From positions 96,001 through 160,000 of the forward strand of contig JANNXA010000033.1 of the NCBI GenBank assembly GCA_031409275.1: a stretch of 64,000 nt of DNA, read 5' to 3'. Shown here piece by piece: positions 29,013-38,544 of the stretch; positions within the stretch are counted from its first letter, which is position 1, and the number at the start of each line of letters is the position of its first letter. The stretch comes from Planctomycetota bacterium (GTDB lineage: Bacteria; Planctomycetota; B15-G4; SIAN01). The notes under the pieces were generated by a model, which worked only from the letters and a program-made list of their open reading frames with translations, ran no database searches and was not told the origin of the DNA. A program made the position numbers and the translations under genes.

Positions 29013-31484
29013 TCAGCTCGGTGGCCCGGCGGTGCCCTTCGGTTTGCGCGAAGCCATCCCGTAGAGGATCAACGCCAGCACGCCGAAGCAGCCGAACGCC
29101 CAGAAGTTGTGCTGATCGAGGAAGTGGCGCACGGTCATGGAGCGCGTGTTGCTGTCGACAAGCCAGCTCGGCGCCTGGTCGATGTGGAGCGTCTGCATCG
29201 CCTGGTCGACCGTCTCGTTCTCGGGGAAGAGCGTGTTCGCGAGGTGGATGCCGTACTGGCCCGAGAAGCGCGTCTCGTAGGTCACCTCGCGCGGAGCGGC
29301 CAGTGCGTCGCCGTTCGCGTCGTGCGTCATCGTGGTCGGTGCGCTCAGTGCGCAAGCGAGGATGCCCACCAGCGCGCCACCGGCGATCAGGCCGGAAGAG
29401 AAGAGCACGCCAGGCGAGCTCTCCTGGTCCGCTTCCGAGAGCTTCGTCTTGCGGTCCGCGAACTTGCGCGCCAGACCGCCGAGGAAGATCGCCGCCGAGG
29501 TCGCGATCGGGAGGTAGGCGCCGACCGCGAAGGGCAGCGCTGCGACACCACACAACTCCATCATCACGGCGATGCAGATGCCGATGATCACCAGCACCCA
29601 CGGCAGGTTGCCGCCCAGCACGCCGTCGATGATGAGCCGGAACAGCTGCGCCTTGGGAGCGTCGAACTTCGACTCGATGTCGCGCTCGACCGTCGTGCCA
29701 TCCGCAGCGAGCTGCTTGGTCTCGGTGCCACAGATGCCGGGATCGACGTAGAAGGCGATCGCGCCGTCCTTCACCAGGTACTTGCCGCGCGGGACGACGA
29801 CCGACTGGCCGCCCGCGGTCGCCTGGGTCTGCTCGGCGCGCACGTACATCACGTCGTACTCGACGTTGCGGAACGTCTTCTTGCCGCGGAACGCGAGGTC
29901 GTCGGGGTGGCCCTGCGAGGCGAGCTCCGTCACTCGCCCCTGCGTCGCGCTGAAGCCGGCGAACTCGGGGCGCGCGTGGTAGGTGGTGTAGTTGTCGTTC
30001 AGGAACATCAGCGTGAGGCCGATGACCGCCGAACTGGTCAGCACTCCCCACATGATCGCGGTCTGCTGCTTGCGCGGCGTGGCACCGACCAGGAAGCCCG
30101 TCTTCAGGTCCTGCGACGTCGTGCCGCCGTTGCTGGCGGCGACGCAGACCAATGCCGCGGTGCAGAGCGCCATCTCCTTGTAGGAGACGCCGGTCCGGCC
30201 GGCCGCGACGAAGAGCAGGCAGGTGATCAACAGCGTGGCGACCGTCATGCCGGAGATCGGGTTGCTGGAACTGCCGATCTCGCCGGTGATGCGGCTCGAC
30301 ACCGTCACGAAGAAGAAGCCGAAGAAGACGATGAGGATCGCCGACATCCAATCGATGCCGAGGATGTCGCGTCCGATCAGTCCCTTGTTGAACGCGAGGT
30401 TCGGCGCCCAGATCGCGAGCACCAGCGCGATGCTGCCGAACACGACGACGCTCATCGGCAGGTCGCGTTGCGTGCGCAGCGTCACCGCGCCCTTGTTCCC
30501 TCCGACGCCTGCGAGCCCGCGCGCGAACGCGCCGAGGATCGTCGGCAGCGCGCGTGCCAGCGAGATGAGCCCGCCCGCGGCGACGGCGCCGGCGCCGATG
30601 TAGAGGACGAAGGCGTTGCGCAGCTGTCCCGGCGTCATGTCGACCGCGCGCACATGGCCGCCGCCGACGAGCGGCGAGGTGAGCTCGGGGCCGAAGTACT
30701 GGATCGCCGGGATGAAGATCAGGAACGACATGATCCCGCCGGCGAGCATCACGAACGACGTGCGCCAGCCGATGATGAACCCGGTGCCGAGCAGCACGGG
30801 GTTGGTCTCGAAGCTGATCGAACCGCCTTTCAGGAGCGAGAAGGTCCGGTCGTTGAAGCTGATCTTGTCGAGGCCCCAGCTCGCGTACTCGGCGAAGAAC
30901 TTCCCGATGCGACCGAGGTAAGCCCACAGACCGCCGAGGAAGAGGCCTCCGAACAGCGCCGCGGCGGACGAGCCGCCCTTGTCGCCGACGATCAGCACCT
31001 GCGCGCACGCCGTGCCCTCCGGATAGAGCAGCTTGCCGTGCTCCTTCTCCATGAGGTTGTGTCGCAGCGGGATCATCATCAGGATGCCGAGCGCGCCGCC
31101 GAGCAGCGCGATGAGCGTGATGCGCAGCGTGTCCATGTCGAAGCCCATGAGGAGCAGCGACGGCAGGGTGAATGCCACACCCGCCGCCAGCGACTCGCCC
31201 GCGGACCCCGTGGTCTGGACGATGTTGTTCTTCAGGATCGTCGACTTGCCGAACGCGCGCAGGATCGTGATCGAGAGCACCGCGATCGGGATCGACGCCG
31301 AGGTCGTGAGGCCGACCTTCAGGCCGGCGTAGACCGAGGCCGCCGCGAAGAGGATCCCGAGGATCGAGCCGAGGACGATCGCTCCGATCGTCGACTCGGT
31401 CATCTGCGTTTCGGGCGCGACGTAGGGCTTGAAGGGGGCAGGCGCGTCCGCGGCGCCGACCGGGCTGCTCGGGTTCGAGTTCAT
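29013..31484 (-). CDS. OPT-family oligopeptide transporter
   Basis: YAGLKVGLTTSASIP, NNIVQTTGSAGES, LYPEGTACA, GSSSNPISGMT, SQDLKTGFLVGATP, APKAQL. Confidence 0.93.
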   Translation of the reverse strand: MNSNPSSPVGAADAPAPFKPYVAPETQMTESTIGAIVLGSILGILFAAASVYAGLKVGLTTSASIPIAVLSITILRAFGKSTILKNNIVQTTGSAGESLAAGVAFTLPSLLLMGFDMDTLRITLIALLGGALGILMMIPLRHNLMEKEHGKLLYPEGTACAQVLIVGDKGGSSAAALFGGLFLGGLWAYLGRIGKFFAEYASWGLDKISFNDRTFSLLKGGSISFETNPVLLGTGFIIGWRTSFVMLAGGIMSFLIFIPAIQYFGPELTSPLVGGGHVRAVDMTPGQLRNAFVLYIGAGAVAAGGLISLARALPTILGAFARGLAGVGGNKGAVTLRTQRDLPMSVVVFGSIALVLAIWAPNLAFNKGLIGRDILGIDWMSAILIVFFGFFFVTVSSRITGEIGSSSNPISGMTVATLLITCLLFVAAGRTGVSYKEMALCTAALVCVAASNGGTTSQDLKTGFLVGATPRKQQTAIMWGVLTSSAVIGLTLMFLNDNYTTYHARPEFAGFSATQGRVTELASQGHPDDLAFRGKKTFRNVEYDVMYVRAEQTQATAGGQSVVVPRGKYLVKDGAIAFYVDPGICGTETKQLAADGTTVERDIESKFDAPKAQLFRLIIDGVLGGNLPWVLVIIGICIAVMMELCGVAALPFAVGAYLPIATSAAIFLGGLARKFADRKTKLSEADQESSPGVLFSSGLIAGGALVGILACALSAPTTMTHDANGDALAAPREVTYETRFSGQYGIHLANTLFPENETVDQAMQTLHIDQAPSWLVDSNTRSMTVRHFLDQHNFWAFGCFGVLALILYGMASRKPKGTAGPPS

Positions 31485-31600
31485 GGGGGCGGCATCATGC
31501 CCGCCGCCCCGGAGGAAGAAAGAAGAGCGCCGCCACGACGCGCCGGGACTGGCGCACGGAGTGCGAACGGTGGCGGGCTCGCGCCCCCCCTCGGCTCTTC

Positions 31601-31758
31601 GAGCGCCTAACAGGATGTCCGCTGCGTTCGACCGGCTGCGGCGACCCAGGACCTCGTCGACCTCGATCGGCGACTCTTCAGAGTCGCCTCCTTAGGCCTC
31701 CTCATCCTGGGCGGCCTCGCTCGGTCTCGGCGCGACGCGTCGATTTTGTCAGGCGCTC
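31601..31758. mobile_element. MITE-like palindromic element
   Basis: Terminal inverted repeats GAGCGCCTAACAGGAT / ATTTTGTCAGGCGCTC (13/16), inner CCCAGGA...TCCTGGG, central hairpin GGCGACTCT-TC-AGAGTCGCC. No coding capacity. Confidence 0.6.
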
Positions 31759-32723
31759 TACTGCTTCCCGGTCGGCGGCGTGCCCCTCTTCGGCGGCGCG
31801 AGGTAGCGGCGGCCGTTGTTGGGGTTGTCGCGGTCGAAGGCGAAAGCGTCGCGGTTGTCGAGGAAGTGCTGCACGTAATTGATCGGGATCGCGAAGTTCA
31901 GCCCCTCGCTGAACAACATCTTCCAGGCCACGACACCGACGACTTCGCCGTTCTTGTTGAACAGCGGGCCGCCGCTGTTGCCGGGATTCACCTGCGCGGT
32001 GGTCTGGATGTAGACGAAGCCGTTGTTCTCGCGGTTCGTCGTCGAGACGATCCCTTCCGACACGCTGCGTTCGAGCCCTTCCGGCGCGCCGATGGCGAAG
32101 ACCGACTGTCCCTGCTTCAGGGTGTCGATGTCGCCGAGGAAGACCTTGGTCAGCTTGGTGTCGCCGAGCTCGGCGGCGTCGATTTGCAGCAGGGCGAGGT
32201 CGACCTGCGGGTTGACCGCGACGATCCTCACGCGCTCGTAGACCTTGCGCTCGATCTGCTGGTTCACCATGCGGTAGACGGTGACCGTCACCTCGGTCTC
32301 GCCCTGGACGACGTGGGCATTGGTGACGATGAACCCGTCGTCGCTGACGATGAACCCCGATCCGAGCGAGCTCGGGTTCTTGATGAGCACGACCCCTTCG
32401 CCGAAGGTCTCGACCGCGTCGCGCACGGAGATCTCGGGGAGCGACTTCTTCGAGTAGAGGCCGCGCTTCGTTTCCGCTCCGGCCGGCGCGTCGTTGCCGG
32501 TCTCGCCGCTTCGGCGCTCGAGGACCTGCGAGCGGGGCACCGTCAGCACGGTGAAGCCGAGGTCGACGTAGAGGGAGTCGTTCGTCTCCTTCAGGATGGC
32601 GCCACGCACGATCGCGCCGCCCGCGAGCTGCAGCTCGTCGCCCTTCGCGTCGACGGCCAGCATCAGAACGGCCGCCAGCAGCCCGCTCGCCACCCGTCCG
32701 TGTCCACTTTTGCGCCGCACCAT
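31758..32723 (-). CDS. Trypsin-like (S1C, HtrA-type) serine protease without PDZ domain
   Basis: GSGFIVSDDGFIVTNAHV (His), DLALL (Asp), NPGNSGGPL (Ser), signal peptide, GAGGAG RBS. Confidence 0.92.
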   Translation of the reverse strand: MVRRKSGHGRVASGLLAAVLMLAVDAKGDELQLAGGAIVRGAILKETNDSLYVDLGFTVLTVPRSQVLERRSGETGNDAPAGAETKRGLYSKKSLPEISVRDAVETFGEGVVLIKNPSSLGSGFIVSDDGFIVTNAHVVQGETEVTVTVYRMVNQQIERKVYERVRIVAVNPQVDLALLQIDAAELGDTKLTKVFLGDIDTLKQGQSVFAIGAPEGLERSVSEGIVSTTNRENNGFVYIQTTAQVNPGNSGGPLFNKNGEVVGVVAWKMLFSEGLNFAIPINYVQHFLDNRDAFAFDRDNPNNGRRYLAPPKRGTPPTGKQ

Positions 32724-32837
32724 CGTTCGCTCCTCGCCGCTCGTTGCCACCGCAGCCGCCAACGCAGGACGACCGGTACCATACCGCCCCCTTGAGCCGG
32801 CGATTTCAGCGCCGGAGTGTCGCACGGAGTCGCATGG

Positions 32838-35156
32838 ATGAGACGACCACTCCCCTTCGCCTTCGCGGTGGCCGGCAGCCTCCTGATCGTCCCCTCCCGC
32901 GGCGTGCCGCGACCGGAGGAGTACGGCTTCAGCGGCCTGATCAACTCGCGCCTGAACGACGGGCTGTTCAAGCTGATCGCCGCCGACGTCGACAGCGACG
33001 GCGACACCGACCTCGCGGTCATCAACAACTCGAAAGCGCGTCTCGATTTCCTGCTGCAGCGTCAACCCGGCGAGCCGCTCGGCGACTCGGCGTCGACGGA
33101 GGCAGGCGACCGGACCAATGACTTCGCCGACGAGGTCCACTTCCGCCGCGACTTCTTCGCCACCGAGCAGAAGGTCAGCGCGCTGGCCATCGCCGACCTG
33201 AACGGCGACGGCAAGAACGACCTCGCCTTCGTGGGCGACTCCGGCAAGCTCACGGTCGCCTACCGCGATGCCAAAGGCGGCTTCGGCGAGCGCGTGCGCC
33301 TCGACCTCGATGAGCTGTCGAACGTCGCGCAGGCGGTGCGCTGCGGCGACATCGACGGTGACGGGCGCAACGACGTGCTGGTGCTCGGCCGCCGCCGCAC
33401 GCAGCTCTTCCTGCAGGGCAGCGATGGTCGGCTGGTCGAGGCGCCGGAACTGCTGAACTCGACTTCGTCGCCCGACGGCTTCGCGCTCGCCGACCTCGAC
33501 GGCGACTCCCGCGGCGACCTCCTCTACGTGAAGGCGGATGCCGACGCGCCGCTGCGTTTCCGCCTCAATCGCGGCGGCGGCGAGTTCGGCCCCGAGCGCC
33601 TCTTCCCGTTCACGGAACTGCGCAGCTACGCCGTCACCGACCTCGACTTCGACGGGCGCACCGACCTCGCGGTCGTGCGACGCCGCAGCGGCCGCGTGGC
33701 GCTGCTCGAGTACGCCGGTGCCGGAGCCGTCGCGCGTGCCGGCGAGATCGTCCTTTCGTCGCCTCGTCTCGTGGCCTACTCGACGCAGAAGGACGAGAAG
33801 CCGCGCGACGAGCTGCTCGCCGACCTCGATGGTGATGGCAAGGTCGAACTGCTGGTCTGCGAACCGTCGGCGGCGCGCGTGGTCCGCCATGGCAGCGATC
33901 CCGATGGTCTCGCGAGCCGTGGCGAAGCGTTCGCGAGCCTGGTGGGTGCCCGCCATCCGCGGCTCGCCGATCTCGATGGCGACGGCCGCTTCGAACTGCT
34001 GGTGGCGGCGCCGGAGGAGGGGGCGATCGGCATCGCCAAGATCGGCGCCGACGGCCGTCCCGGCTTCCCCGAGCCGCTCGGCTACAAGGCCGACCAGCTC
34101 CTCGCGCTCGACGCCGCCGACCTCGACGGCAGCGGCAAGTCGAGCGTGGTCGCGTTGCTCGCCACCGGCAAGGGCGCGACGAAGAGCTACGCGCTCGCGC
34201 GCGTCGCCGCTGGCGAGCCCTTCTCGGTCGAGCTGAAGAAGCTGCCGACCGACCCGAGCGACCTGTGGCTGATCGACCTGAATCGCGACGGGCTGCGCGA
34301 TGCGTACATCACGGTGCCGACCGAAGTGCCGCGCATCCTGCTGGCCGGCAAGGGCAGCGACGGGAAGCTCGCCTTCACGCCGGTCGAGACGCAGGACGTT
34401 CCCGGCCTCGGGTTGCTGAAGGGAGTCGCCCGCACGGCGCTCTTCCATGGCGATGTCGATGGCGACGGCACGCTCGAGCTTCTGGTGCCCGGCCCCAACT
34501 TCGCGCGCGCCTTCACGCTGGGCGCGAAGGGGGTCCCGCAGGTGGTCGCGCAGTGGAACCTCGAGGAGGCATCCGCCAAGGTCGGCTGCGTCGCGGCCGG
34601 CGACCTCGACGGCGACGGCAAGCCGGAGATCCTGGTGCACGACCGCACCAGCCGCACGCTGCGCGCGCTGCGCATGGTCGACGGCGCGGCGCGCACGATC
34701 GCGCGCGTCGAGACGGCCGACCTCGAACCCAAGGGGCTGCGCGTCGCCGACCTCGACGGTGACGGCGCGCGCGACGTCGTGCTGTTGGGCGCCGAGCGCT
34801 TCGCGGTGGTCCAATCGGGCCGCGCCGACCCGGGCTTCGTCGAGACCGACGACTACGAGTGCCCGCTGAAGAACGCGTTCCTCGACCAGCTCGCGTTCGG
34901 CGACCTCAACTCGGACGGCATCGTCGATGCGGTGATCACCGACTCGAGCAAGCACCTGATCACCATCGCGGCCCACGTCGAAGGCAAGCTGCACCACGTG
35001 TTGCAGTTCCCGATCTACTCCGAGAGCATCTTCGAGCGAGACGGAGGCGGCGGCCGCGAGCCGCGCGAAATCGTCATCGCCGATTTCACGGGCGACCAGA
35101 AGGCCGACCTCGCGCTGCTGGTCCACGACCGCATCCTCGTCTATCCGCAGGAGTGA
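32838..35156 (+). CDS. Large FG-GAP/VCBS repeat protein
   Basis: About 13 DLDGDG..DL repeats, signal peptide, C-terminus ADFTGDQKADLALLVHDRILVYPQE. Confidence 0.88.
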   Translation: MRRPLPFAFAVAGSLLIVPSRGVPRPEEYGFSGLINSRLNDGLFKLIAADVDSDGDTDLAVINNSKARLDFLLQRQPGEPLGDSASTEAGDRTNDFADEVHFRRDFFATEQKVSALAIADLNGDGKNDLAFVGDSGKLTVAYRDAKGGFGERVRLDLDELSNVAQAVRCGDIDGDGRNDVLVLGRRRTQLFLQGSDGRLVEAPELLNSTSSPDGFALADLDGDSRGDLLYVKADADAPLRFRLNRGGGEFGPERLFPFTELRSYAVTDLDFDGRTDLAVVRRRSGRVALLEYAGAGAVARAGEIVLSSPRLVAYSTQKDEKPRDELLADLDGDGKVELLVCEPSAARVVRHGSDPDGLASRGEAFASLVGARHPRLADLDGDGRFELLVAAPEEGAIGIAKIGADGRPGFPEPLGYKADQLLALDAADLDGSGKSSVVALLATGKGATKSYALARVAAGEPFSVELKKLPTDPSDLWLIDLNRDGLRDAYITVPTEVPRILLAGKGSDGKLAFTPVETQDVPGLGLLKGVARTALFHGDVDGDGTLELLVPGPNFARAFTLGAKGVPQVVAQWNLEEASAKVGCVAAGDLDGDGKPEILVHDRTSRTLRALRMVDGAARTIARVETADLEPKGLRVADLDGDGARDVVLLGAERFAVVQSGRADPGFVETDDYECPLKNAFLDQLAFGDLNSDGIVDAVITDSSKHLITIAAHVEGKLHHVLQFPIYSESIFERDGGGGREPREIVIADFTGDQKADLALLVHDRILVYPQE

Positions 35157-35161
35157 TTCCG

Positions 35162-37057
35162 ATGCCGCGTCCTTGGTTGATCGCCGCGTTGCCGTCCGCC
35201 TTGGCCCTGGTTCCGCAGGAGGCGCCGGCGCCCGCCGCTCCGGTCCGCGCGCCCGGCTACGAGACGATCTGCGCCGCCGACACGATGCTCTTCCTCGGCA
35301 TCGACCACCTCGATGACCTGCTCGCCGATTGGCGCGCTTCTGCGTACGGACGCATGCTCGCCGACGAGGGCGCGGCGCCGGTGCGCGCCAGCTTCGAAGC
35401 GATGCTCGCGGCGATGGCCGACGACTCGCGCGGCGAGTTCGGCGTCGACGTCGTCGACATGGTCCGCAAGATCGACGGGCGGCTCGGCTTCGCGGTCGCC
35501 GGCGACGTGATGGCCGATGCCCATGACGGCCACGGCATCGCCGCCTTCGAGTCGACCGAGCACGCCGACGAGCTGCGCGCGCTGATGGCGACGGCGCTGC
35601 AGAAGATGGTCGAGGCGGGCGAAGCGGTGGTGAAGCACGAGATGCTCGGCGAGCACGAGCTGATGCAGATCACGCCGCTGGGCGAGGGCGATCAGGGGCG
35701 CTTCCAGATGGCGCAGGCGGGCGGCACGCTCGCGCTCGGAACGGCGGTCGGCAAGGCGCTGGAGCGCGAGGACTTCGCGCGCTTCGTGCAGACGCTCGAT
35801 GGGCAAGGCGGCGAGACGCTCGCGGCGCAGCCGAGCTTCCGCGATTCGCTCGCCGCACGCAGCGGCGGGGTGAAGCTCTTCTTCGACACCGGCCGCCAGA
35901 TCCGCGCCGGCATGTCACCGCCACTCGAGGACGGCAGCGAAGCGCCTGATGCGCGACTGCAACGAGTGCTGGGGCTCGATCGGTTTGGCGCGCTCAGCTC
36001 CCACTTCACGATGAACGCGGAAGGGATGCACGCGCTGCTCCATCAGGCATGGGGCCAAGGCGGCATCGCGGCGGTGCTGCAGGCGCTGCTGGTCGGCGGA
36101 GATCACGGCCTCTTCAAGCTGCTGCCGGCCGATGCCGCGATGGCGGTCGGGTCGCAGTTCGACCTCAAGGCGGGCCTCGACGCGGCGGATCAGCTGGCGA
36201 AGGAAGCGGGAATGGGCCCGCTCTTCGGCGCTCCGCCGGCGGAAGGGAACTCGCCGGAGACGACGGCGGCTCCCGACGAGTTCCAGCCGCGCCGTGACCT
36301 GCTCGACCACCTCGACGGCCGCATCGCCTTCACTGCGGTGCCGACCGCGCCGGAGGAGTCGTTCATGATGAGCGGCCTGCAGGGCGGAGCGTCCGTCAAC
36401 TACGCGATGCTGCTCGGTACCCGGAACAGCGCAGCACTCGGCGCCTCGATCGACAAGTTGCTGCGCAGCCAGGGAATGCACGCCGCGCGCCGCAAGAGCG
36501 AGTTCGAGGGCTTCCTGATCTACACGCTGCCGCTCGGGATCACGACGATCCACTACACGATCGTCGATGACGCGATGATCACCTCGCCGTCACTCTCGAT
36601 CCTGCAGGACATCCTGCGCCGCCGCTCGAATGCGGAGCTCGCGAACCTCCACGCTTCAACCCTCTTCGCCCGGCAGCGGGAAGGGCTCGAGGGCTCGCCC
36701 GGTCTCCTGCTTTGGGTCGCGAACTCCCCGGAGCTCTTCGATTCCATGACGGGCGTCGCCGAACGGCAGGTGGAGAGCGGTGGCGGCTACTACGACGACG
36801 GGTCCGGCGACGACAACGGCAGCAACGACAGTGGCTACGACAGCGGCTACGACGAGGGCGAGTCGCGGCAGCCCGCGTCGGAAGGCGACGAGCCAGCGGC
36901 AGCGCCCGAGGATCCGGTGCAGCAGCGGGCGAAGGCGTTCCTCGAGGCGTTCAGTGCGCTCGACAATGCGCTGCTGAAGAAGCACCTGCCGGGCGGCTCG
37001 GTGATGGCGATGCGCTTCGATGCGGGCGGCGCCTGGCTCGAACTCGTTTCTCGCTGA
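35162..37057 (+). CDS. Secreted hypothetical protein (DUF3352-like)
   Basis: Starts 5 nt after the VCBS gene, has a signal peptide and alpha/beta pattern, and carries an acidic Gly/Asp/Tyr insert near the C-terminus. The family assignment is tentative. Confidence 0.65.
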   Translation: MPRPWLIAALPSALALVPQEAPAPAAPVRAPGYETICAADTMLFLGIDHLDDLLADWRASAYGRMLADEGAAPVRASFEAMLAAMADDSRGEFGVDVVDMVRKIDGRLGFAVAGDVMADAHDGHGIAAFESTEHADELRALMATALQKMVEAGEAVVKHEMLGEHELMQITPLGEGDQGRFQMAQAGGTLALGTAVGKALEREDFARFVQTLDGQGGETLAAQPSFRDSLAARSGGVKLFFDTGRQIRAGMSPPLEDGSEAPDARLQRVLGLDRFGALSSHFTMNAEGMHALLHQAWGQGGIAAVLQALLVGGDHGLFKLLPADAAMAVGSQFDLKAGLDAADQLAKEAGMGPLFGAPPAEGNSPETTAAPDEFQPRRDLLDHLDGRIAFTAVPTAPEESFMMSGLQGGASVNYAMLLGTRNSAALGASIDKLLRSQGMHAARRKSEFEGFLIYTLPLGITTIHYTIVDDAMITSPSLSILQDILRRRSNAELANLHASTLFARQREGLEGSPGLLLWVANSPELFDSMTGVAERQVESGGGYYDDGSGDDNGSNDSGYDSGYDEGESRQPASEGDEPAAAPEDPVQQRAKAFLEAFSALDNALLKKHLPGGSVMAMRFDAGGAWLELVSR

Positions 37058-37072
37058 GCGCGCGCGCAGCCG

Positions 37073-38503
37073 TCAGCGAATCGCGACGGCGGCGTCGGAC
37101 TCGGCGGGTGGGGCCGGGAACGCGACGCCCGCCGCACGCAGCAGCGCGAACGGCGGCGTGCCGCCCGCGAAGATGAAGACGTGCTGGTTGTCGAGCGTGA
37201 CGGCGCGCGTGGAGTCTTGCTCGCGCACGGTGAGCGTGACCGCGTCACTGCCGATCACCGTCACCTCGCTGCGGAAGTAGACGGTGACCCGCCCGCCGAC
37301 CAGTCCGCTGTTGTTCCCGCTGGCATTCCCGCTGGCCTGCGCGGCCGCGATGCGTTCCTCGTTGCGCCGCTTGAGCCGGAAGAACGACTCCTTGCGGTAG
37401 CTGAGCGTCACTCGGTTGCCAGGTTGGCCAGCGAGCGCCAGCGCCGCCTCGACCGCGCTGTCACCGCCGCCCACCACGAGCACGTCGACGCCGCGGTAGA
37501 GCGCGGCATCGAGCAGGCGGTAGGCGACCTTGGTCTGCTCCTCGCCGGGGACTCCGAGCTTGCGTGGCGTGCCGCGCCGACCAAGCGCGAGCACCACCGA
37601 ACGGGCTCGCACCTCCGCGCGTTCGCCAGCCTCGCCGGTCTCGCTTTCGCCGGTGCGACGGGTGGTCACGACGAACGCGTCGCCGTCACGCAAGATCGAC
37701 TCGACGCACGTCTGCGCGCGTACGCGCAACGGGAAGCGGCGCGCGGCGTCCTCGAACAGCGAGACGAGCTCTTCCTTCAGGTACTCGTTCTTGGCCAGGC
37801 AACCGATCAGCGGCAGCTCGACCGGTTGCGTCATGACCAGCTTCTGGCGCGGATAGTGCAGCAGCGTGCCGCCCAACGCGTCCTGCTCGATCAGGACGTG
37901 GGAGAGCTCGAGCTCGATGGAACGCAGCGCGGCAGCAAGCCCCGCCGGCCCGGCGCCGACGATGGCGACATCGACCGTCTCGGCGTCACGTCGGTGGGAC
38001 GGCGCACGGTCGCGGCGCCGCGCGATCTCGTCGACCGCGGTGGTGGCCTGCCCGATGGCATGCCGGATGAGCGCGATGCCCGAGAGTTCGCCGGCGATGA
38101 AGAGGCCCGGCACGCTCGATTCCTGGACGGCGGAGAGCAGCGGCAGATCCTCGCGCAGCGCCAGCGCACCGAGTCCGACGTGGATCGCGCCGACCGGACA
38201 GGCCGTTTCGCAGCGACCGTGACCGACGCAGCGCGCGCCATGGACGACTCGCGCGACGCCGTCCAGCACCGCCAGCACCCCCTCTTCGGGGCACGCCTTC
38301 ACGCACAGCCCGCAGCCGACGCACTGCAGCGCGGCGATCTGCGGATGCTGTGCCGTCGGTTCGGCGGAGCCGCGCGCGCGCGCTTCGTCGAGCTCGGCAC
38401 GCGCCGACGCCTCGCGCTGGCGTGCCGCGCGCCGCTCGATCCAGGCCAGCGCGAGCAGCAGCGGCACGAGGGCGGCGCAGAATCCGAGGAGCGGCAGCAG
38501 CAT
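37073..38503 (-). CDS. Membrane-anchored 4Fe-4S dicluster + FAD/NAD(P)H oxidoreductase (TrxB/FNR-like)
   Basis: N-terminal TM helix, CVGCGLCVKACP and CVGHGRCETACP, FAD motif VGAGPAG, NAD(P) motif VGGGDSAVE with SYRK, no CxxC active site. Confidence 0.88.
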   Translation of the reverse strand: MLLPLLGFCAALVPLLLALAWIERRAARQREASARAELDEARARGSAEPTAQHPQIAALQCVGCGLCVKACPEEGVLAVLDGVARVVHGARCVGHGRCETACPVGAIHVGLGALALREDLPLLSAVQESSVPGLFIAGELSGIALIRHAIGQATTAVDEIARRRDRAPSHRRDAETVDVAIVGAGPAGLAAALRSIELELSHVLIEQDALGGTLLHYPRQKLVMTQPVELPLIGCLAKNEYLKEELVSLFEDAARRFPLRVRAQTCVESILRDGDAFVVTTRRTGESETGEAGERAEVRARSVVLALGRRGTPRKLGVPGEEQTKVAYRLLDAALYRGVDVLVVGGGDSAVEAALALAGQPGNRVTLSYRKESFFRLKRRNEERIAAAQASGNASGNNSGLVGGRVTVYFRSEVTVIGSDAVTLTVREQDSTRAVTLDNQHVFIFAGGTPPFALLRAAGVAFPAPPAESDAAVAIR

Positions 38504-38544
38504 GAAGTCTCAGTCTCGCAAAGAGGTGCTGGAACGTGCGTCGC

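Noticed and set aside
32724..35126. N-terminal ~800 aa of the 1122-aa minus-strand ORF
   Set aside because: It is antisense to the VCBS gene. The real protease starts at 32723 with an RBS and signal peptide.
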